27,353 nucleotides of DNA from Octopus sinensis (Eukaryota), in contig NW_021834049.1 of NCBI RefSeq assembly GCF_006345805.1, forward strand, positions 1-27,353, written 5' to 3'. The position numbers were made by a program, and so were the translations under genes. The notes beneath the pieces are model-generated. The model was not told the origin of the DNA, searched no databases, and saw only the letters and a list, made by a program, of their open reading frames with translations. This document shows positions 1 through 10,286 of this stretch, piece after piece. Every line of letters begins with the position of its first letter. Positions within the stretch are counted from its first letter, which is position 1.

Positions 1-119
1 CTCGGTGAAGTCTTCTGATTTATGCTCCGTACCATTTTAATATCCTTCTTCATTTCACAGTGATGACTTTTCACACTGGATCGTTTAATTGATTCTATCA
101 AATATGTAACTCCAGATAA

Positions 120-1045
120 AAACAGTTACTTTCAGCAGGATATTTGTTGTCCCCAAAAGTGTAATATTTTGCAATGTCATAATGTTGGGACAGATTCCAG
201 TTGTGTCAAGGTGTTCCTGAAAGTTTTCCTCATCGCTGACCCAAGTGCTCCAATCACAATTGGTACCACTTTTGCTTTCACATTCCACATTCTCTCGACA
301 TCTCTTCACAACATTGCATATTTTACAACTTTCTCGTTTAGTTTGCCATTGATCTAATAATTTCCTAGCCAAGCTATATCGATCAACAGATACCTCTTGT
401 TAGTACATTTCTAGACCAAAGTATGTTCAAGAACGATATCTGCATGGATTGTAAACTTCTCCGAGATTTTCACAGCCTGATTTCATTGGACTGTCTTTCG
501 TTCGCGTTAAAACCATTTCTCAGTGCTTGGAAATCCGTATCTACTGTATAAAGACCAATGGTAGTAAGCACAATTTATTGTAACACCTTATATATTCTCA
601 CTATGCAAACATGTCTCAAACATTCTTCTTTCCACATGACCTACTCTTATTTATTTCATCTGAGTTATACAAATTCCTTATTAAGTTTGTTTACTGCTTG
701 ATACTGACCAGCCACTCTCACTTACGATCAACCAGCCCCATGAAGATTCCGATTTTTCTTCCATCGCTTGTCTTTCGAATTGACAGTATGTTTCCTCAGT
801 CGCCCTCTTACTGAGTTTCACGACAAACATTACTTTTCATAGTTTCAATGCACAAGCCTCTGCTTTAGACAATATGCATCAAAAGTTTTTCTCAACTCCT
901 GGCCAAATACAAATCTAAAGAGCTACCGCTCGAAGACTAGCCTCACGAACTTTCACACTCATAACACCTCATCCTCCTACGCTTAGAGGTGCATATAGCT
1001 TAATAACATTTGACTTTGCCTGCAATGCAAAAAGCCCAGATGTGT
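120..1045 (-). mobile_element. Degenerate R4/Dong-clade (RLE) non-LTR retrotransposon, 3' half (copy A)
   Basis: Minus-strand translation across frameshifts gives LQAKSNVIKLYAPLSVGG*GV (thumb, cf. HPKADVDRLYLPR..GGRGL), YHWSLYSRYGFPSTEKW, DIVL..RYLLIDIA (PD..D RLE motif), VVPIVIGALG and LQNITLLGTTNILLKV. Many stops and shifts. Confidence 0.8.
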
Positions 1046-1083
1046 GTATCTACTATGTTTATGGTCACCAGTTATTACTACTG

Positions 1084-1280
1084 AGGCACCGAGCTGGCAC
1101 GTCAGTAAAGTGCTTGACAACATTTTGTCTGTCTTTATGTTCTGAGTTCAAATTCTGCCAAGATCGACTTTGCCGTTCCGTTTTGTAGTTAATAAGTACC
1201 AGTTGAACACTGGGTTCGATCTAATCGACTAGCCCTTTCTCGAAAAAAAAAAATTCAGGCTTTGTGCTAATTAAAGAAGG
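1084..1280 (+). mobile_element. tRNA-derived SINE, 'type A' 3' end, followed by an (ATT)n tail
   Basis: aggcaccgagctggc head, B-box-like GAGTTCAAATTC, core taagtaccagttgaacactggg..taatcgact, end caggctttgtgctaattaaagaagg, then (att)n. Confidence 0.85.
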
Positions 1281-1317
<37 letters not shown>

Positions 1318-1560
1318 TATTATTATTATATATCATTAATATTATCATATTATTATTATTATATTATTATTATTATTATTATATTATTATTATTATTAGT
1401 ATTATGATATTTGCAGAGTAGCGGTAGCAGCAACAGCAGCCGCAGAAGCAGCAGCAGCAACCGCAGCAACAGCAGCAGCAGAAGACAGCCAGCAGCAGCA
1501 GCAGCCAGCAGTAGTAGTAGTAGTAGTAGTAAGTAGTAGTAGTACCAGCTGCAGCAGTAG
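1281..1560. repeat. Compound microsatellite (ATT)n, (CAG)n, (TAG)n
   Basis: Directly visible tandem trinucleotides; explains the poly-L/A/Q ORFs at 1359-1721. Confidence 0.95.
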
Positions 1561-1869
1561 ACGAGTACAATTAAGGACATTAAGAAAAAAGAATTGGATG
1601 AATGGTGGAAAGAGAATGAAAAAGAGTTTTGAGAATGAAGAGAAAAAAACGAAAGATGACAAAGATTAGAAAAGAAAGGGGAGGTGGGGGAATAGGAAAT
1701 AAATACAAAAACCAAATCCACAACTACTCGTTAGAAGTTTGCTTCCTTCAATTTATATGTAACATTATAAAGAAAAAAAGATAATTGAACGGGTTACTGC
1801 AATTTCTACCATATTATTACATACTTGAACACAGGCGCACAGACACTCGTATATCCACATATTTCTGTC

Positions 1870-1883
1870 TGAGTCTCTCTCTT

Positions 1884-1917
<34 letters not shown>

Positions 1918-1994
1918 TTCTTTCGAAACTTTTGCACCATTCTCAATTTCTATGAGTGCTTATGTGTGTGCGCATCAATCAATCTATCTATCTA

Positions 1995-2028
<34 letters not shown>

Positions 2029-2040
2029 AATATATATACG

Positions 2041-2087
<47 letters not shown>

Positions 2088-2240
2088 TGTGTGTGTGTGT
2101 GTGTGTGTGTGAGTGTGTGTGTGTGGAGGAAGAGAGAGACATAGTATATACATATTTCAAACACGTGTGTGTATACATATGTAGACAGATAGATATAACA
2201 TATATACATGTATATATATATATAAATGAATGTTTTATAT
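1870..2240. repeat. Compound (CT)n/(TCTA)n/(TA)n/(TG)n microsatellite
   Basis: Directly visible. Confidence 0.95.
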
Positions 2241-2289
2241 ATATATGAACGTGAAATACAGGAAGGGGACGAACACGGAACACAGACAA

Positions 2290-2470
2290 ATCATTCGAAG
2301 CCTTCAATCTTCAGTCAGACACCGAATCATCATAGCAAATTTCGGCTGTTCAATTCTGATATTGTGCTCCAACTCGGCCAGCCCCAAGAAAAAAACTAAG
2401 CTGTAAGCATTAGATTTCTTGGTAGAAGACAGGAATGTGAACCACAAGACGGATGTGAATCAAAGAGACG
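2290..2470 (-). repeat. Dispersed TA-embedded repeat family Q, copy 1 (diverged)
   Basis: Its reverse complement (ccaagaaatctaatgcttacagcttagtttttttcttggggctggcc..ttggagca..cagccgaaa) aligns with 4650-4735. Confidence 0.75.
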
Positions 2471-2564
2471 AAAACGAAATTGAAAACAGTAATGAAATAA
2501 ACAAAATATATGATAACGGTGGTTGTCCTACGACTTTAGACCAAATGAGACAAAACAACAACAA

Positions 2565-2584
2565 CATATATATATATATATTAT

Positions 2585-2627
<43 letters not shown>

Positions 2628-3529
2628 AATTATGTATCTACATACATATGTATACACACACATGTGTTTTATATGTATATATTATCTCTATCTCTCTATC
2701 TCTTCTTCTCATCTCTCTATCTCTTCTATCTCTATCTCTTCTATCTCTCTATATCTCCATATATATATATATTATATAATATAAGATATATATATATTAT
2801 TGTAGTATGCGCACACCTACATACCTGAATAGATATAGGCGTAAAGTAGGCATCCTCTCACACACAAAAACCCACTCAGACACTCAGACACATATTTATA
2901 TTCAGATTATATGTACTTTTAAATATATTTTCAAATGTTTCTAATCATATGTATATACATGTATCAATTTATACGTGTGTTCGTGTGTGTGTGTGCACGC
3001 GCGTGTGCATATATTTAAATATGCACACAAACACACGCACACATAGACTGCCAATCCCATTAAAATAACACTTTCTTTCCCACACGCATTAACACCCCAA
3101 CGCCCCTCACACACACACATACACAGTACTTATAACTCCTATTTACACGTACGTAAGACATCGCTTAGTCTCTTGGTCTAACATTTCCCTTACTATACTA
3201 GCAACCTACTCACTGTTGTACTCACTGACACGCGCTCCCACGTGCGCGCACACATACATACACTCACACACACACACACATACACACGCACACATACAGA
3301 AACACAAGCATACACACAGACAGACAATTACACCTAGCAAATACAGGCGTTACGTCTTATACATGCACACATATACGTATATATATACGTGTGTATGTAA
3401 ACATCAACATATCTGCATATATAAGAACATACATATATGTACATATATATTACATACATATATATATATGCACAATAGTATACATGTTGGCGTATACATA
3501 TGTAGATGTACACAATATAAATGTATATA

Positions 3530-3576
<47 letters not shown>

Positions 3577-3623
3577 CAGGATATATATAATATATGTATT
3601 TATATATATAGATGATAGATATA

Positions 3624-3654
<31 letters not shown>

Positions 3655-3960
3655 TATATATATATGTGTGTGGTGTGTTTATGGTATATATGTATTTGTA
3701 TATATATTATATATATATATTAATATATATATATATATATGAGTGTGTGTGTGTGATATATATATATATATATAGCTATATATATGTATGGATGTATGTA
3801 TGTCGTATGTTTGGTATGGTATGTATATATGTATGCATGTATGTATGTATGTATGTATGCATGTAAGTATATATGCATGTATGGTATGGATGGATGGATG
3901 TGTATATATATATAAGATATATATATATATACATATATATGTATATATATATATACCCTC
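2565..3960. repeat. Field of compound (TA)n/(CA)n/(TATG)n/(GGAT)n microsatellites
   Basis: Directly visible; short unique spacers between tracts. Confidence 0.9.
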
Positions 3961-4506
3961 ACACATACACATACAACATACGCACACTACAAACACCGAA
4001 TTCACAGGTACACTGACGCACATGTGCGTGCTGACACATATGTTCACACACCTCACAACTCATACACCAACAACCAATCGTTTACCATTAAAAACTGCAA
4101 TTAACACGTACACATCCGGTTAATCAGAGGTCGAACATGTGAGCCTAACCCACGTGCGTTTTCTTTTTGCTTTGATTTTTCTTGTTTGCTTTTTTTTTTG
4201 CCTTCTTTATCTCACGTTTCTTTCATTCTCTTTTCATTTATTTTTCTCTCCCTAGAATTTTGATCTATCACATACCCCTCCCCCGCTTCAATGAGCATAA
4301 ACCTAACAATATTTAATGTGAACGTTTGTATTCTGTGAAAGTTTCACCTATTGATATATAAATATCTATATATTCATACTTAAATATGCATCCTCTCAAA
4401 TCCTTTGCTTCCTTTCTGTTAGCATGTATACATCCATCCATCCATCCATACATACATGCATATATACTTACATGCATACATACATAATAATACATACATA
4501 CATACA

Positions 4507-4538
<32 letters not shown>

Positions 4539-4564
4539 AATACACACACACGTATATATGTTTT

Positions 4565-4833
4565 TATGTCCTGTTATTATTTTTATTGTATTTGTGTAAC
4601 ATTCTCCGTTTTTTTTTCCGTCCTTGTTTTCGTATATATTCGCTGCTTTCTTCCAAGGAATCTAATGCTTTTAGCTTAGTTTTTCCTTGGGGCTGACCAG
4701 ATTGGAGCAATCTCGAGTATAATCAGCCGAAACTACAAAGATAATCTGGAACTTGACTGAGAAAAGAAAACTCCGAATGATCGGTCCTTGTTTTCTTTGT
4801 ATCATCTATGTGGATGTTTTGCTGTTCCATTTT
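4565..4833 (+). repeat. Dispersed TA-embedded repeat family Q, copy 2
   Basis: Homologous in inverted orientation to 2290-2470 and 6985-7137; flanked by (TACA)n and (TA)n. Confidence 0.8.
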
Positions 4834-4852
4834 GTATATATATATATATATT

Positions 4853-5200
4853 AGAAGAAATAAGGTACTCAGAAATCTGGATGGTTTTATATTACAGATA
4901 TTTATTAATATGCCACATGTTTCGTAAATCATATAATATCGCTTGCGTCCACTCGGGTGGAGTCTTCAGATTTTTTCAGGACTTTTGTCTCCACTCAATA
5001 ATACTATAAAAAGAGACAAAGTCCTGAAAAAAATCTGAAGACTCCACTAGAGTGGACGCAAGCACTAATATATGATTTATAAAAACATGTGACATTATTT
5101 AAATATCTGTAAATGTAAAACCATCCAGATTTCTGAGTACCTTATTTTTCTGAGCAATATATAATACTGTACATCATCTCCAAAATTTAATGTATATACT
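4853..5200 (+). mobile_element. Fold-back element P1 (arms 4858-4991 and 5013-5147, 21-nt loop), probable Penelope-like pLTR remnant with a degenerate hammerhead motif
   Basis: Long inverted arms; CTGAAGA at 5035-5041 and downstream (G)AAACATGTG(A/G)C; unpaired extension on the right; (TA)n on both sides. Confidence 0.65.
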
Positions 5201-5225
5201 ATATATATATATATATATATAATAT

Positions 5226-5271
<46 letters not shown>

Positions 5272-5501
5272 ATATATAGTTGAGTATAGAAATTCGGGTG
5301 AGTATCTATATATATATATATATTTGTTGTGCAATGATATTATGTGAAGTCGTGTGTTGAAACGATAGTGTTATATTCGGAATGGCCGAAATAAGATTAA
5401 GATTATGTAAAAAAACAAATAAACTGAAGCAAAATAACGCCAAATATATAGTGCGTGTTTTTATTGGGTAAACTGGCAATATGACCATTCCGAAATATTA
5501 C

Positions 5502-5554
<53 letters not shown>

Positions 5555-5834
5555 ATATAGATATATATATATATATACATAATATATATATAATATATAT
5601 AATATATATATATATATATAATATATATATATAAGTAGTTGAATGAATATCTTAGTATGGATAATTCGGTTAAACGATACCGGTAGGGTAGCAAATTCAT
5701 GTCAGGGAAAAGAAAAAACGCGGTTGAAGCTATATGCCAAGGCAGAGATCACGTGCTTTCGTGTGGAAATTTGTGTTTCTTATAAAATAAATGAAAGAAT
5801 GGAGTTGAACGATGATTTAACAAAAATTCCTTTA

Positions 5835-5915
5835 TTCTCGACATATGTTTCGAAGGCTGCATATTCCTAATTCGAAGGAATAAGGGGTGCATATGCCGCC
5901 TTCTCAACAGGAAAA
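5835..5915 (-). ncRNA. Minimal type-I hammerhead ribozyme motif with core variant CUGUUGA
   Basis: Minus strand reads UUUUC-CUGUUGA-GAAGGC..(extended stem II)..GCCUUC-GAAA-CAUAU-GUC-GAGAA. Stems I and II pair, stem III is the palindrome ACAUAUGU, cleavage triplet GUC is intact, and conserved A6 is U. Confidence 0.7.
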
Positions 5916-6027
5916 ACAAGGAACTTATGTCAGCATCAAGATGAACAAAAACTCTTAGATGGCTGCCCACACGGAGCCCATAGCGATAAATGTTTTTGTT
6001 CATCTTGATGCTGACATAAGTTCCTGG

Positions 6028-6111
6028 TTTTCCTGATGAGAAGGCGGCATAATGCACCCATTATTCCTTCGAAATTAGGAATATGCAGCCATTCGAAACA
6101 TATGGCGAGAA
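6028..6111 (+). ncRNA. Minimal type-I hammerhead ribozyme motif with intact core and mutated cleavage triplet (GGC)
   Basis: UUUUC-CUGAUGA(6033-6039)-GAAGGC..GCCAUUC-GAAA(6095-6098)-CAUAU-GGC-GAGAA. Confidence 0.7.
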
Positions 6112-6155
6112 TAAAGGAATTTTGTTAAATCGTCGTTCAACTCCATTCTTTCATT

Positions 6156-6206
<51 letters not shown>

Positions 6207-6709
6207 TCCATATCAAACCCACGTGTTATATTTATTTGATTATTCTCATAATTGTCTCCATGTCTTCCCACCTTGATTCCTCTTATAGCCACAAATTTCC
6301 ACGCGAAATTGGTCCCTCATGACGTTGGAGTCTAAGTTCGCATCGTTTGAGGGCTACGAAGCGTTTTCTATAAAGATAATCTTTGGATCTAATCTATTGA
6401 CTATATATATACATACATACACGTACATAACGCATACATACACACACACATACTATATACATACATACATGCATATATACATATATATATAATATATCAA
6501 TACATACATACATACATACATATATATATATATATAATATATATATACATTTTATATATAGAGGGCATTATTATACATACATGCCACACGCTAAGAGGGA
6601 CATTAGTCATTTCTACCAAAAATTTTACTAATCATTACCCAATGCAATTTTTCAAAGCAGACATTTAAAAAATGAATTTTCTTGTATCACCTGTGATTTC
6701 AGTACTTAC

Positions 6710-6767
6710 CGCAGTTGTGACCGTACTCATCAGCAAGACTGATTCTGAACATATCATAATAAACGAC
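6710..6767 (-). other. Candidate small coding exon (unverified)
   Basis: Minus strand: tacag|GTC GTT..TGC G|gtaagt, 58 nt, open frame VVYYDMFRISLADEYGHNC; alternative acceptor ttcag gives a 35-nt exon at 6710-6744. Non-repetitive island. No homolog recognised. Confidence 0.2.
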
Positions 6768-6810
6768 CTGTACCGTATATATATATATCATACATACATA
6801 CATAATATAT

Positions 6811-6848
<38 letters not shown>

Positions 6849-6984
6849 CATAAAAGAAAAAAGTGAAACAAGAATGAAGGTGAGAATGAAAGGAAGGCCG
6901 AAAAATGTGAGAAAGATGAGTGAAATATATATATGTGTGTGTGTGTGTAGTACAAACATTGGGACAAGAACGCAAAACATCCAG

Positions 6985-7137
6985 ACAGTTAGGTGATAAA
7001 AAAAGGGACAACAAAACATCCAGACAGACGATATAAAGAAAACAAGGGCGGGTCATTCGGAGTTTTATTTCCTCAGTTGAGTTCCAGATCAACTTTGCAA
7101 TTTCGGCTGGTTATACTTGAGATTGCTCCAATCTGGT
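6985..7137 (-). repeat. Dispersed TA-embedded repeat family Q, copy 3 (partial)
   Basis: Reverse complement of 4687-4820 (ccagattggagcaatctc..cagccgaaa..ctggaact..actccgaatga..ccttgttttcttt). Confidence 0.8.
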
Positions 7138-7508
7138 GTGTGTGGAAGTAAAGTCTTACGGCAGGTAGATGAGATTCCACAGATAGAGAGAGGAATATAG
7201 ATGTTGCACTGATGGTAGTCGAACCAAGAAAGTCAGGCTTGGCCGAATACAGGTCATGTGGGGAGAGAAAGAGTGAGAAGCCGAGGGATAGAAGAACTAA
7301 GGAGGTGCGAGGAAAAACTTAAAGGAACAGAGTGAAGTGAAGAGAGAAGGTAAGCAAAGAAGAGAAGACCAGGAAATGGTCGTTGCAGCTGCCTCATGTA
7401 CTTATTCCATTTGCCCATTATGCCGAAACGCTAAGTTAAAAGGATATAAACACACCAGTACCACTTTCCAAACACACATCACATCAACACCCAGACATAA
7501 ATATATAT

Positions 7509-7567
<59 letters not shown>

Positions 7568-7587
7568 TATAATATATATATATATAG

Positions 7588-8140
7588 ATGAATTTTCTTG
7601 TTACGGATTATTCAAAAGTTTAGCCGATACTGGGTAGCAAAAATCACAGCAGAAAAAACACGGTTGGAGATAAGACCATATGGTGTTGCAACCGTGCGTT
7701 GGTGCGGATAATTGAAGTTTAATATAATTAGTGAATGGAAGAAATGGAGTTGAACATGTTTCAAAGGCCACAATTTTCAAAATTCTGATTAAATAAGGAT
7801 ACCATATTGCAGCTATCTCTTCAGGAAAAACCAGGAATTACGTTGTCAGAACAAAACACAACAGAGGCGCAGCAAAGCAATTCGAACGAGGACGCTCCTT
7901 AAGAGCCCATGAGTTTACCCATGGGCTCTTAAGGAGCGTCCTCGTTCGAATTGCTTTGCTGCGCCTCTGTTTTGTTTTGTTCTGACAACGTAATTCCTGG
8001 TTTTCCTGAGAGAAAGCTGCAATATGGTATCCTTATTTAATCAGAATTTGGAAAATTGTGGCCTTTGAAACATGTGTAGAATGTAATAAAAGGAATTCTG
8101 TACAATCTTCGTTCAACTCCATTTCTTCCATTCACTAATT

Positions 8141-8144
<4 letters not shown>
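7588..8144 (-). mobile_element. Fold-back element P3 (unique segment 7588-7721; arms 7722-7911 and 7920-8144; 8-nt loop), same family as P2, with hammerhead remnants
   Basis: Inner 51 bp are perfectly inverted. Shares with P2 ttcctggttttcctga..ga, gcc.ttgaaacat, gttcaactccatt and the unique flank. Flanked by (TA)n. Confidence 0.8.
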
Positions 8145-8199
<55 letters not shown>

Positions 8200-8478
8200 T
8201 ATATTATTATATATATATTATATAGATATATATATATGTTGATAAGACTGAATAGGAAGACAACGCCTGTCCCGCTGTACCACTAGGTTTTTAATATATG
8301 CTTTATCAAAAATGACCGAATTGATGCAACGTGTTTCGGCCTGCATATGTGTATGTGTGTGTATCTGTCTGTCTGCTGGTTGTTGTTTGCTTGTCTACCT
8401 GTCTGTCCTCATTTGTGGCTTAACAACGCATCCTTTTGCTTTATGAGAAAAGACATCTTCACTACCTTATTATATATA

Positions 8479-8533
<55 letters not shown>

Positions 8534-8569
8534 TCATATTTATATATATATATTTGAACACAAAGACAC

Positions 8570-8933
8570 ACATACAATATATGCATGTACATTCTTGCAT
8601 TCTTGCATATATACGTACATACATACATACATACATACATACATTCAAACATACATACATACATTTAAACATATATACCGCATACATACATACATACACA
8701 CATACATACATACATGCATACATACATACATACATACACACATACATACATACATACACACATACATACATACATACATACATACATACATAAATACATA
8801 CATACATACATACATACATACATACATACACACACACATACATACATACATAAATACATACATACACACATACATACATAGATACATACATACATAATAG
8901 ACATACAGACACACCCATACATATATATATATA

Positions 8934-8967
<34 letters not shown>

Positions 8968-8970
8968 ACA
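8570..8970. repeat. Long (TACA)n tract followed by (TA)n/(TG)n
   Basis: Directly visible; source of the HTYI/VCMY ORFs. Confidence 0.95.
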
Positions 8971-9460
8971 ACCACACTATCCTTTTAATTTTGATTTGAA
9001 ACATCGACACGTTTTTCCTATTTTACTGCCTTACAGTGTTATTGTGGAGATATATTTTTTATTTGTTATTTTTTTATTGATCGCTTTTTTACTTTTCTAT
9101 CTTCCTTTGTTGTTTTTTTTTATTTCCTTTTTTGTCTTTGTTTTTAATATTAAGTTTACAAATTTATTCGTGTGAGGACTTGCTTCATCTTGATTGTTAC
9201 TTTTACATTTGTCATCGCTGTTTTTCTTTTATGCTATTTTTTTTCAAGTTGTTACTGCTGTTTAACCCCAGGTCACAGCTAATCACGCAGACACTTTTAC
9301 TCAGAACTTTCCGTCCGTGACAATTTCTTGTACTTTCAAAAACAGAAGTGTGCGATGTCGTGAGTTCTCGCTATTATTTCTAACGGTGCGAGTGGCCACG
9401 CGAACACTCTTTCATTAGGAACTCCAAGAAATGATTCTAGCCATTATTATTAGCATCATT

Positions 9461-9646
9461 AAGGCGGGGAGCTGACAGAATCGTAAGCACGTTGGACGCA
9501 ATTCCACATTGTGAGTTTAAATTCCGCCGTCGACTTTGCTTTTCATCATTTCGAGATCGATAAACTGAGTATCAGTGAAACGCTTGGATAGATGTGATCG
9601 ATTTGTCCCTCCCACCAAATTTCCGGCCATGTGCTACAGTAGAAAG
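9461..9646 (+). mobile_element. tRNA-derived SINE, type A end, diverged; (ATT)n/(TAG)n tail to about 9930
   Basis: aaggcggggagctgacagaatcgtaagc head; aaattccgcc.gtcgactttgc core; ccggccatgtgctacagtagaaag end. Confidence 0.85.
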
Positions 9647-9739
9647 TATTATTATCTTTATTATTATTATTATTATTATTGCTATTATTATTATCATTAT
9701 TATTATTATTATTATTATTGTTGTTGTTGTTATTGTTAT

Positions 9740-9772
<33 letters not shown>

Positions 9773-9830
9773 TATTGTTATTATTATTATTGTTATTATT
9801 ATTGTTATTATTATCATTATCATTATGATT

Positions 9831-9871
<41 letters not shown>

Positions 9872-9938
9872 TAGTAGTAAGTAGTAGTAGTAGTAACAGT
9901 AGTAGTAGTAGTTGTTATTGTTGTTGTTGTAGTATCAA

Positions 9939-10286
9939 GCCGGGCGAAATGCTTAGTGGTATTTCGTCTGCCGCTACGTTCTGAGTTCAAATTTCGCCGA
10001 GGTCGACTTTGCCTTTCATCCTTCGGTGTCGATAAATAAGTACCAGTTACGCACTGGAGTTGATGTAATCGACTTAATCCATTTGTCTGTCCTTGTTTTT
10101 CCTCTCCGTGTTTAGCCCCTTGTGGGTAGTAAAGACATAGGTATTTCGTCTGCCGTAACGTTCTGAGTTCAAATTCCGCCGAGGTCGACTATGCCTTTCA
10201 TCCTTTCAGGGTCGATAAAGTAAGTACCAGTTGAACACTGGGGTCGATGTAATCGTCTTAATCCTGTTCACCCAAGCTGCCCTTAT
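9939..10286 (+). mobile_element. SINE tandem dimer: one 'type B' unit plus a second unit with 'type C' end
   Basis: atttcgtctgccg recurs at 9961 and 10143 (period 182); the second unit ends cccaagctgcccttat. Confidence 0.9.

Larger units (their letters stand above)
5632..6158 (-). mobile_element. Fold-back element P2 (unique segment 5632-5786; arms 5787-5952 and 5992-6158; 39-nt loop), probable Penelope-derived non-autonomous element
   Basis: About 166-nt near-perfect inverted arms, each containing a hammerhead motif; flanked by (TA)n; unique segment homologous to 7588-7721. Confidence 0.8.

Noticed and set aside
1359-1721. ORFs rich in poly-L/A/Q/C
   Set aside because: They lie wholly on (ATT)/(CAG)/(TAG) microsatellites, are open in several frames and strands, and have no splice or domain support.
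8409-9010. 150-190-aa ORFs of VCMY/HTYI repeats
   Set aside because: Translation of (TACA)n, which has no stop codon in any frame; the same applies to ORFs at 1952-4123.
9346-9359. 14-nt micro-exon candidate (aacag|AAGTGTGCGATGTC|gtgagt)
   Set aside because: Such AG..GT pairs arise by chance; it adjoins a repeat fragment and has no partner exon.
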